A DNA stretch of 64,000 nt from Flavobacteriales bacterium (GTDB taxonomy: Bacteria > Bacteroidota > Bacteroidia > NS11-12g > UBA9320): NCBI GenBank assembly GCA_020635395.1, contig JACJZV010000002.1, positions 29,914 through 93,913 of the forward strand, given 5' to 3'. Below are positions 29,687-39,610 of the stretch, one piece after another (positions within the stretch are counted from its first letter, which is position 1; each line of letters begins with the position of its first letter). The notes beneath the pieces were generated by a model. The model saw only the letters and a program-made list of their open reading frames with translations, was not told the origin of the DNA and ran no database searches. The position numbers were made by a program, and so were the translations under genes.

Positions 29687-31138
29687 TTAATTCAAGGCTT
29701 CTTTGCATTGTTCTATTTCAATTATTTTCAAATGGTCAGAGTATTTTGTTAATGTTGCTCTGTCTGCAAGTCCAAGTTCATTAGTTATTAATTCTTCTAA
29801 ACGATACAAAACGCTTTTTCCATACCTATATTTCATTGGGTCGCTGTCGTAAAGTTTATTGATTTCATTAGCCCTTTCTTGTGGGTCATTAATCTTTCCA
29901 TACTTTCCGTATTCAGAATATGCTATTCTTAGTTTTGATTTTGAAATTTCACTTGTTTCTATTGTAGCTTGCTCAATTAATTCTTTTGCTTTGTCAATTG
30001 AAATTTGGTTATACAAACAGTTAATATGTCTCTCGTTTAAAAAATAGCTTTCAATGTCATAGTGCTTCGTAATCAGAACAGTTGTAATTCCGTCAATCTG
30101 ATAGTTTCTAAGTTGTTTTTCAATTATTTGCTTTAATTGCTGTGGATTGTCATTGTCTCTGTCACGATGTATTAAGATATGCTTCAAATTAGCTGACTTT
30201 GATGTAAGCTTTTTAGCAAAGAAGATAGCAGAAGCTAGGTTGTCTTTACCATCGTATGATTCAACTTTTGCTTTTGAAATATCAATGCCGTGAATTTCAA
30301 GAAGATTCTCAATCATTTTTGTATTCCCATCTTCTGTTAACACTAAAAATGTTTTATTGAAATCTAGGTCTTCTAATTCCTTTGCTATTGATAAATATTG
30401 ATTTAATTTTTCAATTATCAGAGACCCAAAAAAATCGATTAGGGGCTCTATGTTACTGCTATCAGCCAAAACAAGACTTTCATAGTATTGCTTTCTTTTC
30501 TCGTTAGGGATTGAAATGGGGAAAAGTCCGTGTTTTAATAGGATTAGATTGAGAATAAGTCTTGATATCCTACCATTTCCATCTAAAAATGGGTGTATAG
30601 AAACAACTTTATAATGAAAAAGTATGGCGGTTACAACTGGTGAAATTTCTGAATCAATTAATGTTGAGTAATACCAATCAAATGTTTCTTCTAATTGCCC
30701 AAGAATGTTTTTGAAATCATAAACAATTTTCTTACCGTCTGGATGAACTATAAAGACATCGACTTTTCTAAATTCACCATCATTCATTAGAATTTCTTGA
30801 AGAAGAATTAAATCTAATAATGAAAAGTGTTCATCTACCAAATCAAACAGGAAACTTATCGAGGCATAGCTTTTTCCTAGACTTAAATATTTGTTTTTCT
30901 TTTCAGTGTAGTCAGTTGATAGTTTTGGGTCTCTCTGCGTTAAATATGCGAGTTCTAATCCTAGTTGTTCACGAATTTCGGGGTTCAACGAATTTAAGTG
31001 AGAGTCACTTCCAAGAATAAAAGACTCTTGAGCTATTTTCAAAAGTGTTGACTTTTCTTGTCCAAGTGCATTGACTTTGTTTCTTAGATTTTCAATATCT
31101 TGAACAATACTTTTTTTACTTAGTTCTTTTTCAGTCAT
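29687..31138 (-). CDS. Fic-domain protein fused to a C-terminal TOPRIM/DUF4435-like domain (cassette gene 1)
   Basis: Canonical Fic motif HPFLDGNGRISR (nt about 30569..30595). C-terminal 230 aa has hhhhTEDG (LVLTEDGNT) then ILIHRDRDND, resembling TOPRIM/DUF4435/RloB-like acidic motifs. Region is AT-rich. Confidence 0.55.
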   Translation of the reverse strand: MTEKELSKKSIVQDIENLRNKVNALGQEKSTLLKIAQESFILGSDSHLNSLNPEIREQLGLELAYLTQRDPKLSTDYTEKKNKYLSLGKSYASISFLFDLVDEHFSLLDLILLQEILMNDGEFRKVDVFIVHPDGKKIVYDFKNILGQLEETFDWYYSTLIDSEISPVVTAILFHYKVVSIHPFLDGNGRISRLILNLILLKHGLFPISIPNEKRKQYYESLVLADSSNIEPLIDFFGSLIIEKLNQYLSIAKELEDLDFNKTFLVLTEDGNTKMIENLLEIHGIDISKAKVESYDGKDNLASAIFFAKKLTSKSANLKHILIHRDRDNDNPQQLKQIIEKQLRNYQIDGITTVLITKHYDIESYFLNERHINCLYNQISIDKAKELIEQATIETSEISKSKLRIAYSEYGKYGKINDPQERANEINKLYDSDPMKYRYGKSVLYRLEELITNELGLADRATLTKYSDHLKIIEIEQCKEALN

Positions 31139-31273
31139 TGTCGTCTTTTAAAATTGCAGCCAACGTTAGTATATGCGAACCTCTATTACGCATATTTTCC
31201 ATATCATAGAAACAAAGTACTTGTCGTTATCGATTCATTTTCCATTTCGTTTACCAAAAATAGGGTAAATTTT

Positions 31274-34200
31274 TTAATCTTGCTTATCTTCTCCCAACGG
31301 CCACTCCAAACAAAAGGTTGTGCCTTTGTCCACCTCGGTTTCAAACCATATTCGGCCATTGGCGGCTTCAATCATTTTACGGGTAATGGCCAAGCCTAAG
31401 CCCATACCGCTGTTTTTGGTACTAAAATTAGGTACAAATATTTTGGCTCGGTTTTCGGGCGAAATGCCTTTTCCGTTGTCTTTTATCGAAACCAAAACCT
31501 TTCCGCCCTTTAGCTCTAAGTTGATGGATATTAAACCTTTGCGGTCTTCAGGAATGGCTTGCGTGGCATTTTTAATCACATTGTTAAAAGCCCTCCCAAT
31601 TTGCTCTTTATCGGCAAATACAATGGCTTCGGGCATATCGGTTTTGTATCGGAATTCGATGTTTTCGCTTCGCTCAAAAAGCACAATGGTGTTAAGCAGG
31701 GTTTGAGTAAGGTTGCAATTTTCAAAATTGTTTACAGGCATTTGGGCAAACGACGAAAACTCGGTGGCCAATGTAGAAAGGCTGTCTATTTGTTCTATCA
31801 ACACATTGGTTACCCGCTTAAACGTGTCTTCCAACCGTTCGTTTTTGTCGGCCCAGGCTCGTTGCAAATGCTGTATGTTTAGTTTCATGGGGGTCAACGG
31901 GTTTTTTATTTCGTGAGCCACTTGCCGTGCCATCTCTTTCCAAGCTCCTTCTCGCTCGCTTTCGCTTAGTTTTTGGGCACTATCGCCCAGTTGCAACACC
32001 ATTTTGTTGTATTGTTTTACCAATCGGCCAATTTCATCATTTTGTTTCCACTCAATCAATTCGTTGGTTTCGAGGTCGGTTTTTGACATTTTTTCGCGAA
32101 TAATTTGCAACGGTTTGCTAATGCGTTGCGACACAAAATAGGCCATGGCCACCGCTAACAACATCAACAGCAGATAAAGGTTTACAAGCGTGAGGGTATA
32201 GTTGGATATTTCGCTGCTATACTCTTCGTTTTGAGCATAATACGGCAGATTCAAATAGGCTATTACCTTTCTGCTCGAATTGACCAACGGCAGATAGGCC
32301 GACGTGATTACTTGATTTCGAATTCGTTCTTCATGAATGAGTTGGGAGTTTTTTTCTTGTCTCAAAACGCGGTTTGCCTCGGGGTGCATAAGTGGTGCAA
32401 CCACACCGGAATTGTAGATTTCGTCGATGCTTGAAGCCAATAGCTTTCCGGAGCTGTCAAACAACGAAACATCTACTTTGTAAACATCAGCGGCCTCGTT
32501 TACCAAAAATTGCCTTGACTCGGCATTTTCCAATTTTTTTGAGAAACTTACCTCGTTTTGAAGTTTGTTGGCAACCTCCCTAATTTTTATGAGCAGCTCA
32601 CTTTTCGATTTGTTTTGGTTGTTGAATTTTACAAACTGAACGGTTGCATACACAGAAAATAAAATACCAACAAATACCAAAATAACCATAGAGAGCCTTA
32701 TTCGGGTACTCAAATAAACTTGTTCCAATCCAAAATATTCGAGCATTTGCTTTCTGCTTTCCGAGATATTTTTTTTCAGTCCGGGTCTAAATCCGGATAT
32801 TAAATCAATTAAAAACCAACCGCCAAACCACACTATTCCAAACACGGTAAGTGTGGCCAAAAAGAAAGAAAACGAAAAACTAAAGGTGCTGATATACGAT
32901 TTGAGGTCGTAATTGGGGTGGCTCAAAACCACCACCGAATTTTCTTGTTTGATAACGTTGTGATGAAAGCCGGATTTATCAAAAATAGTTTTTGGACTTG
33001 CAAAATTGGAGCTATCAAAATACAACTGATAAGGGTATGAACCATGTTGATTGAGCAATCGGTTGTTTACAAAAAGGGCATACGAATAGTGGTCGAGGCT
33101 AAAAACTCTTCTTTCCTTTTTTTGATGCATCAAGTCGGGATATTGATAGAAGCCCTGAAAGAATTTAGGCTCCAATAAAATAAAAATGTTTCCATGATGG
33201 CCGGTAATGTCACACAATTCAAATTTGGCCAAATAACCATTAAAAATGCGGTCGCTTCGCACTTGATAAAAATGATGGCTGAGTGTTGGAAACGAGCCTT
33301 CATTGTATATTTGATCGAGGTACTCTTGGGTATAGAGGGTGGTAGAATTAATATTATTTCCCACCGAGTCGAAACTCAAAATGTGCATGTTGTACCTATC
33401 CAAATATCCGGAGAAATACAGCTTTCTGAGCTTTTTCTCAAACTCCTCTTTGTTGCTGTTAAAATCACTAAAATCAGCCGGCTCTAAAAATCGAAGTGCC
33501 AAACTGGTCTCCATTTTTTTGAATAAATACTCGGCTTCTAAATCTTTGTTTGACGTGAGTTTGCTGGCAAAGAGTTGTATGCCTTCAAGCTCTCTTTTTT
33601 CAACATTCGTTAAAAGGGTAATGCAGAAAAAAATGCTGAACAATAGGGTGTAAATAAAATATTTGTAGATGGGTAAAAGAGCCTTTTTTAGTGTGCCAAG
33701 CCAATAAAAAACAAGCAGCACTATTAAAACAAAAATGGAGGAAACCAAAAGGCTATCAATATCACGTTTGCCATCAATTATTTGAAACGATAAGAATAAG
33801 ATTAGGGCAGCAAGAATAGACTGAACCAATTTTTTCCGAGCTACGGATTGTTGTGTTTTTTGATTAAAAACCAAAGACAGAAGGCCAAATAAAAGCCAAA
33901 ACATTGCCGCCACCATCGAAACGACCAAAACCGAAAAAATATCGATAGTTCTTAAATTGGTTATATCAAATGAAATGCTTGAATTTTTGATTAAACTGGC
34001 TACCAGAGATTCAATTAAATCCGCTCCGAAAAAAGAAACCAAAAAGGCAAAAACGAGCGATACGAATTTCCATTTGGTGGCAATCTGCCATTTGGGGCGG
34101 AGATGAAAGATGGCCAATAGCACAATAAATGCCACCACAATGTGCAACAATAAATCACCTAAAGAAGGCATTAGGTCGGAGCTGGCAAATATGGACGGCG

Positions 34201-34891
34201 AAAAAAGTGGGATATTGCCTAACCCCAACTCAAAAGCATTTTTTAGTACAAAAATGCGGAGTAGTATCGCCGAAACGACCGTTGCAATAGAACCCCACGC
34301 CCATTTTCTGAAAGCCAATAAAGAGGCAATGGTTAACAAACCAAATGCTATTAAAATGAAATATCCCTTTCGGGTTTCGTGTAGTGTGGAATCGTAAAAA
34401 TGCAAAAATGCCTGCCCTTTCAAAAGTGCAAATTCTGAGGTGTCGGTTTTTATTTCAAACTCCTGATTTTGAAGTGGGGTTATTCTGTTTTGTGCCTCAA
34501 ATTGCCCCAGTTCGATTCGGGTAAGTTTGCGGGTGCAGAGGGTGTTTTCAGTAACGGGTATTACCAAATCCCAACCGCCGTTGTGCTGATAAAGCGTGGG
34601 TTTTGATAGATGAAAAAGGGATGAGTCTGGAAGCCAATCATTTGAAGTCCAGTTGGTTAGCAGTCCATTCTGTTGTTCAAACACTCGCCAGTGCCACGGC
34701 AGATCAGATTTCTTTTTAACGATTTCGGGTGCTTCTTTTATTACTTCCAGCAAAAACTCGTTTGTCTTTTCGGTAAGACTTAACTGTTTTTTATGCAATT
34801 GGTCATGATCAACCACCGACCGACCTTTTGGCCATAATATCAGCAGTACCGATATAAGAATGCAAAGCGATATGCCAACTTTTCGAGCCAA
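31274..34891 (-). CDS. large sensor histidine kinase (no receiver domain)
   Basis: H-box VAHEIKNPLTPM. HATPase_c N/G boxes (NAIKNATQ..., DNGKGISPE..., GMGLGLAITRKM). Long N-terminal sensor with multiple TM segments. Confidence 0.8.
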   Translation of the reverse strand: MARKVGISLCILISVLLILWPKGRSVVDHDQLHKKQLSLTEKTNEFLLEVIKEAPEIVKKKSDLPWHWRVFEQQNGLLTNWTSNDWLPDSSLFHLSKPTLYQHNGGWDLVIPVTENTLCTRKLTRIELGQFEAQNRITPLQNQEFEIKTDTSEFALLKGQAFLHFYDSTLHETRKGYFILIAFGLLTIASLLAFRKWAWGSIATVVSAILLRIFVLKNAFELGLGNIPLFSPSIFASSDLMPSLGDLLLHIVVAFIVLLAIFHLRPKWQIATKWKFVSLVFAFLVSFFGADLIESLVASLIKNSSISFDITNLRTIDIFSVLVVSMVAAMFWLLFGLLSLVFNQKTQQSVARKKLVQSILAALILFLSFQIIDGKRDIDSLLVSSIFVLIVLLVFYWLGTLKKALLPIYKYFIYTLLFSIFFCITLLTNVEKRELEGIQLFASKLTSNKDLEAEYLFKKMETSLALRFLEPADFSDFNSNKEEFEKKLRKLYFSGYLDRYNMHILSFDSVGNNINSTTLYTQEYLDQIYNEGSFPTLSHHFYQVRSDRIFNGYLAKFELCDITGHHGNIFILLEPKFFQGFYQYPDLMHQKKERRVFSLDHYSYALFVNNRLLNQHGSYPYQLYFDSSNFASPKTIFDKSGFHHNVIKQENSVVVLSHPNYDLKSYISTFSFSFSFFLATLTVFGIVWFGGWFLIDLISGFRPGLKKNISESRKQMLEYFGLEQVYLSTRIRLSMVILVFVGILFSVYATVQFVKFNNQNKSKSELLIKIREVANKLQNEVSFSKKLENAESRQFLVNEAADVYKVDVSLFDSSGKLLASSIDEIYNSGVVAPLMHPEANRVLRQEKNSQLIHEERIRNQVITSAYLPLVNSSRKVIAYLNLPYYAQNEEYSSEISNYTLTLVNLYLLLMLLAVAMAYFVSQRISKPLQIIREKMSKTDLETNELIEWKQNDEIGRLVKQYNKMVLQLGDSAQKLSESEREGAWKEMARQVAHEIKNPLTPMKLNIQHLQRAWADKNERLEDTFKRVTNVLIEQIDSLSTLATEFSSFAQMPVNNFENCNLTQTLLNTIVLFERSENIEFRYKTDMPEAIVFADKEQIGRAFNNVIKNATQAIPEDRKGLISINLELKGGKVLVSIKDNGKGISPENRAKIFVPNFSTKNSGMGLGLAITRKMIEAANGRIWFETEVDKGTTFCLEWPLGEDKQD

Positions 34892-34892
34892 T

Positions 34893-35861
34893 TTAAAAGT
34901 GTTTTTGGGCGGTTAAATAGTGTTTAACATAATCTGAAACGGCCTCTTCGAGCGTAAAAAAACCACCGTCATATCCTGCACTCAGCGTTCTTTTCATTTC
35001 CGCTTTGGTGTAGTATTGGTATTTGTCTCGAATATCTTCTGGCGTTGGCACATATTCTATATTTAGTTGCAAACCGAGAGCCACAAAAACAGATTTTGCC
35101 AAATCGTTAAACGTGCGAGGTGTGCCAGTGCCAAGGTTGTAAATGCCATTGTTTTGTTGGTGTTTTAGCCAAAATTCAATAACTTTTATAACATCTTTTA
35201 CATAAATAAAATCGCGGGTTTGGCCACCGTCTTCAAAATCTGGGTTGTGCGATTGGAACAATTTCATTTTTCCGGTTTGTTTTATTTGGTTGAAGGTATG
35301 AAAAACTACCGATGCCATGCGGCTTTTGTGATATTCGTTTGGCCCAAAAACGTTAAAAAATTTTAGCCCAACCCAAAACGGCGGGGTTTCTTCTTGCTTT
35401 AATGCCCATACGTCAAAATCTTGTTTGCTTTGTCCGTATGGGTTTAGTGGTTTTAGTTGTTCAATTTTGTCGTTGTCATCGTCAAAACCATCAAGGCCAT
35501 CGCCATAGGTGGCGGCGGATGAGGCATAAATTAAAGGTACTTTTTTTTGTGTACAATAGTTCCAAATCACCTTTGAGTAGTTTAGGTTTAACTCATCAAA
35601 AATGCGATGGTCAAACTCCGTTGTATCGGTTCTTGCTCCTAAATGAATAATGGCCATAAAGGTATGATTACCAATAATTTGTAAAAAATCATTTCGATCA
35701 ATTTTTGTGCAGTTTTCAAGCCCTTCAAGGTTTTTTAGCTTGTCTTCCCGCACAAATTCATCCACCAAAACAAGATTGGTTTGTCCTTTTCTATAAAGTT
35801 CTTGAGCAACGCAACTGCCTATAAAACCAGCCGCCCCAGTAATTACAATACAATTGTCCAT
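34893..35861 (-). CDS. hldD: ADP-L-glycero-D-manno-heptose 6-epimerase-like NAD-dependent epimerase
   Basis: ITGAAGFIGS Rossmann, YGQSK (YxxxK), and NVFGPNEYHKSRMASVVFH typical of HldD/RfaD. Confidence 0.65.
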   Translation of the reverse strand: MDNCIVITGAAGFIGSCVAQELYRKGQTNLVLVDEFVREDKLKNLEGLENCTKIDRNDFLQIIGNHTFMAIIHLGARTDTTEFDHRIFDELNLNYSKVIWNYCTQKKVPLIYASSAATYGDGLDGFDDDNDKIEQLKPLNPYGQSKQDFDVWALKQEETPPFWVGLKFFNVFGPNEYHKSRMASVVFHTFNQIKQTGKMKLFQSHNPDFEDGGQTRDFIYVKDVIKVIEFWLKHQQNNGIYNLGTGTPRTFNDLAKSVFVALGLQLNIEYVPTPEDIRDKYQYYTKAEMKRTLSAGYDGGFFTLEEAVSDYVKHYLTAQKHF

Positions 35862-36290
35862 TTAATGCAAAGTTAATTGTTGCTTTTTATAATCTATTTT
35901 GGCATTGCTCATTTGCAAGACATCTCCTCCCAAAATCGCATCAAAAGGTTCAACGCCTACACTTTCATAAAGCGGTTTTACATGGCTCAAATCCATAATG
36001 CCGACTATCAACTTTTTGATTGTCCATTTTTTAAGTTTTAATTTCTTGATTTTGGCAAAATCGGCCTGCACGGGTTCGGCACCCACACCGGCAGTTTTAT
36101 TTTCGTCTATTTCTATGTGTTTTAAATTGGTTAAACCATCGGCAAACTCTTTGCTCATAACGGTTTTGCTGGCTCCCGTGTCAATAAGTACGCGGGCATA
36201 CATGCCATTTATTTTCGCCTTGCAAAATATGTGGCAACCTTCGTCGCCCATGGCGGCTATTTGCAGCTTTATTTGTTGTTTTTTCTTCAT
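35862..36290 (-). CDS. retropepsin-like (clan AA) aspartyl protease
   Basis: VLIDTGASKTVM active-site motif. 142 aa. Confidence 0.55.
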   Translation of the reverse strand: MKKKQQIKLQIAAMGDEGCHIFCKAKINGMYARVLIDTGASKTVMSKEFADGLTNLKHIEIDENKTAGVGAEPVQADFAKIKKLKLKKWTIKKLIVGIMDLSHVKPLYESVGVEPFDAILGGDVLQMSNAKIDYKKQQLTLH

Positions 36291-37810
36291 TAAAAAATGC
36301 AGTTTCCGGTCATTTCATCAGGTTGTTGTAAACCCATCATTTTTAGCAAAGTGGGTGCCACATCGGCCAAAATGCCCTCTTTGAGCGAAATATTTTTTTC
36401 ACCTAACACAATGCAAGGCACCAGGTTTAAACTATGAGCTGTGTTGGGTGTGCCGTCATCATTAATGGCAAAATCAGCATTTCCGTGGTCGGCAATTATC
36501 ATTAGCCTATAGTCGTTTTTTTGTGCAGTTTCTACCAATTCCTTCACACAGCCATCCACGGTTTCGCAGGCTTTTTTTATGGCTTCAAAAACCCCCGTAT
36601 GTCCAACCATGTCTGGGTTTGCGAAGTTTACGCAGAAAAAATCATGTTGGTTGGTTTCTATGGCTGCTTTCACTTTTTCTTTAAGTTCAATGGCACTCAT
36701 TTCCGGTTGCAAATCGTAGGTAGCCACTTTGGGGGAATTTACCAAAATGCGTTGTTCTCCTTCAAATTCTAACTCCCGACCACCACTAAAAAAGAACGTA
36801 ACGTGCGGATATTTTTCGGTTTCGGCTGCTCGAATTTGCTTTAACCCCAAATTGCTCAAATGCTCGCCCAATGTAAGTTTTAAGTCTTGTTTGTCAAATA
36901 TAACTTCCACATTTTTAAATGTTTTGTCGTATTCGGTCATGGTAAAATAATGCAGATTAAGCGGAGCCATGTTTTGCTCATGAAACGACTGTTGGGTGAG
37001 AGCCATCGATATTTCACGACCTCGGTCGGTTCTAAAATTAAAACACAACACGATGTCGCCATCCTTTATGGTGGCTATTGGTTGGTTATTTTCAGTATTG
37101 ATTATTGGCAACATAAATTCATCCGAAACGCCGTTTTGATAGGATTCGGCAATGGCCGATAACACATCGTTGGTGGGTTTTCCGATGCCATGCACCATAG
37201 CGTCGTAGGCCCGTTTTACCCGCTCCCAGCGTTTATCTCTATCCATCGCATAATAGCGACCAATTATACTTGCCAGTTTGGCATTTCCCAATCTTGGGTC
37301 GTTTAATACTTCTTTTATAAAACCTTTCCCGCTATGTGGGTCGCAATCTCGTCCATCCAAAAAAGCATGTATAAAGGTTTGATTATCAAGATTGTTGTCT
37401 TTTAAAATGCCGCATAGTTCTTTTAAATGTTCATCGCTGCTATGCACTCCGCCGTTGCTGACAAGGCCTATTAAATGAATGTTTTTGTTCTCACTTTTGG
37501 CTAAATCAATGAGTTTTTTAAATGCCGAAATGTTTAAAATACTTTTATCGGCAAATGATTTGTTGATGAGTACCAGCATTTGATACACAATTCTACCCGC
37601 ACCGATGTTGAGGTGCCCTACTTCGCTATTGCCCATTTGTCCGTTAGGCAACCCCACGTTTTGCCCAAATGTTTTGAGTGTTGTGTTGGGTTGAGTTGCC
37701 AATAAATTGTCAATAAAAGGGGTGTTGGCGGCAAAAATGGCATCTGAATAATCCTTTCTACCGATGCCCCAACCATCCAAAATCAGCAAAATTGCTTTGT
37801 GGTAATTCAT
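36290..37810 (-). CDS. gpmI: 2,3-bisphosphoglycerate-independent phosphoglycerate mutase
   Basis: ILLILDGWGIG, SEVGHLNIGAGR, ADHGNAD motifs. Confidence 0.9.
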   Translation of the reverse strand: MNYHKAILLILDGWGIGRKDYSDAIFAANTPFIDNLLATQPNTTLKTFGQNVGLPNGQMGNSEVGHLNIGAGRIVYQMLVLINKSFADKSILNISAFKKLIDLAKSENKNIHLIGLVSNGGVHSSDEHLKELCGILKDNNLDNQTFIHAFLDGRDCDPHSGKGFIKEVLNDPRLGNAKLASIIGRYYAMDRDKRWERVKRAYDAMVHGIGKPTNDVLSAIAESYQNGVSDEFMLPIINTENNQPIATIKDGDIVLCFNFRTDRGREISMALTQQSFHEQNMAPLNLHYFTMTEYDKTFKNVEVIFDKQDLKLTLGEHLSNLGLKQIRAAETEKYPHVTFFFSGGRELEFEGEQRILVNSPKVATYDLQPEMSAIELKEKVKAAIETNQHDFFCVNFANPDMVGHTGVFEAIKKACETVDGCVKELVETAQKNDYRLMIIADHGNADFAINDDGTPNTAHSLNLVPCIVLGEKNISLKEGILADVAPTLLKMMGLQQPDEMTGNCIF

Positions 37811-37836
37811 GCGGCAAATTTAGTTTTTTAGTTTCC

Positions 37837-37863
37837 TTGTTGATTTGTTGACTTGTTGATTTG
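37837..37863. repeat. direct repeat TTGTTGATTTG-TTGAC-TTGTTGATTTG in a divergent intergenic region
   Basis: Two exact 11-mers 5 nt apart, between the gpmI start and the 38053 gene. Confidence 0.6.
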
Positions 37864-38052
37864 AGCAAAAAGAAGTAGGCATAATCCTATAGGCCAATTT
37901 TCCCGTTTCCTTTTTCTAAAAAAAGCAGGAATTGGTTTTAGGGGGGCTTTGTTTAGAAGATTACTATGCGGGTCTTTTGAATGTTTTCAATTTTACCATT
38001 TTCAAATTCTACTCTTTTTCGATTAAATCGAATAAATTTGACAAATAAATTT

Positions 38053-39564
38053 ATGAAAAAAATAGTTCTATATCTTACCTTTTTAATTCCTCTTCATATA
38101 GTCTTTGCATACGCAGTAGCTCAAACTAACAACATTTATATTCCCTATCGGGTGGGCGACAAATGGGGAGTGAGCGATACAAATGGGGTGTTGATTGTAG
38201 AGCCTCAATATGACGAAGTTAGTATGAATCCTTCCAATAGGGCTACCGATTTTGATTTGATGGATTTCAATCGTTTTAATGACAGATTATCGAACCGACA
38301 GGATTTGTATTTTATGAATGACTTAGTTTATTGCAGGGTGGGAAAGATGTGGGGGGCCTTATACCAAAATATGGAAATTATAGCACCTACTTTTAAATCG
38401 ATAACTCTTATAAAACCATTCTTTTTTTGTGCCACAGATACCAATGGTTTTGAACTTTTTAACTTGAATGGCAAAAAAGTATTTGATGAAAAGATAAATT
38501 GGTACTATTTTCCAGAACTTGTTCAAGGTTACTCTATATCCAAAAAGGTATATGTTATGAGAACTCTGACAGGTAATTATCATGTTTTTCAATATGATGC
38601 CTCGGAAGGTAGGATTGTTACGATGATAGGTGTATGGAATGAAAATCCAACATTTGAACAGGTAAATATTAACAGTTGGTATGTAAGCAACCGTAAAAAC
38701 GAAAAGGGAGTTTTGTTAACATGGAGTGCCAATAGTTTTGAAGCGAAAGATACTGTTTTTAATCCAATAAAATATTCAATCTCAAAGGGTGATATTCATT
38801 CAGCTAAATCGGCCCTTGAAGCGTGGAGAAAGCAAAAGCAAAATCATAGAATTGTTCACCACTATTCAGTTATGAAATCTGAAAAAGATGTACATGGTAG
38901 AATTGAAAAGTGGAATGAAATGTTGGATGCCTACGATACCGTAAGGTTGGAGAATTATGTCGAAATTGGATTTCAAAACACTGGAAATGATTTAGATACA
39001 GTCGATTCTTATAGTGATTATTTTTTAACTTTCGACAAAAAAGGTAGATGTGGAATTGAAACCCATCACTCCGTAATACCTCCTCAATTTTCAACTATTA
39101 AAGGCTATCGTTTTCAAAACAATTATCTTTTTTTGGTTTCGAAAAAAACAAATTCGGAGCAACTAAAATATGGAATACTGGATGAGTTTGGGAAGATAAT
39201 AGTACCTTTTAAGTACTATGAAATTTTAGAATTGGAGGGATATAGTGGTAATTTTTTTTGGTTCAAAAATGAGAAAAAAGGAACAATCAGAATTTTCAAA
39301 CCTGCTCCAAAACCTACTTTCGAGATTTATTTTGATGAGCAATACGACTCAATTGACTCAACGTTTTGGGGACATTACTTATACATTGGTAATCAAAAAC
39401 GACTTTTCTTGTCATATGGTCATGATTTATCTCCTTTGTTTCCGAGTAAATATGAAATTGAACCAGCACACTATCAAAATTTTCCATTGTGGTTCTTGAC
39501 AGACGAAAACTTTAACCCTATCGGCTACGCCAATTCCAGAGGCATCCTCTATTTCAAAGACTAA
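38053..39564 (+). CDS. WG-repeat-containing secreted protein
   Basis: Signal peptide MKKIVLYLTFLIPLHIVFAYA. Repeated KWG/YG...P.YDEI units (GDKWGVSDTNGVLIVEPQYDEV, LKYGILDEFGKIIVPFKYYEI). Confidence 0.5.
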   Translation: MKKIVLYLTFLIPLHIVFAYAVAQTNNIYIPYRVGDKWGVSDTNGVLIVEPQYDEVSMNPSNRATDFDLMDFNRFNDRLSNRQDLYFMNDLVYCRVGKMWGALYQNMEIIAPTFKSITLIKPFFFCATDTNGFELFNLNGKKVFDEKINWYYFPELVQGYSISKKVYVMRTLTGNYHVFQYDASEGRIVTMIGVWNENPTFEQVNINSWYVSNRKNEKGVLLTWSANSFEAKDTVFNPIKYSISKGDIHSAKSALEAWRKQKQNHRIVHHYSVMKSEKDVHGRIEKWNEMLDAYDTVRLENYVEIGFQNTGNDLDTVDSYSDYFLTFDKKGRCGIETHHSVIPPQFSTIKGYRFQNNYLFLVSKKTNSEQLKYGILDEFGKIIVPFKYYEILELEGYSGNFFWFKNEKKGTIRIFKPAPKPTFEIYFDEQYDSIDSTFWGHYLYIGNQKRLFLSYGHDLSPLFPSKYEIEPAHYQNFPLWFLTDENFNPIGYANSRGILYFKD

Positions 39565-39586
39565 AACCTAAGCAACAAAGCCACGA

Positions 39587-39610
39587 AGCATCTAAGCATC
39601 TAAGCATCTA
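39587..39610. repeat. 3 x 8-bp tandem repeat (AGCATCTA) at the pth stop codon
   Basis: Seen directly in the sequence. Confidence 0.7.

Noticed and set aside
29666-29690. Short hairpin AACTGC-N8-GCAGTT + T5 just downstream of the Fic gene stop
   Set aside because: The T-run is on the plus strand, where no gene is transcribed. On the minus (coding) strand it lacks a U-tract, so it is not convincing as the Fic gene terminator.
31255-31262. TATTTTTG-like -7 box (minus strand) 117 nt upstream of the Fic fusion gene
   Set aside because: Only 12 nt from the histidine-kinase stop. Could be real but equally likely chance in AT-rich DNA. The cassette may instead be read through from the kinase.
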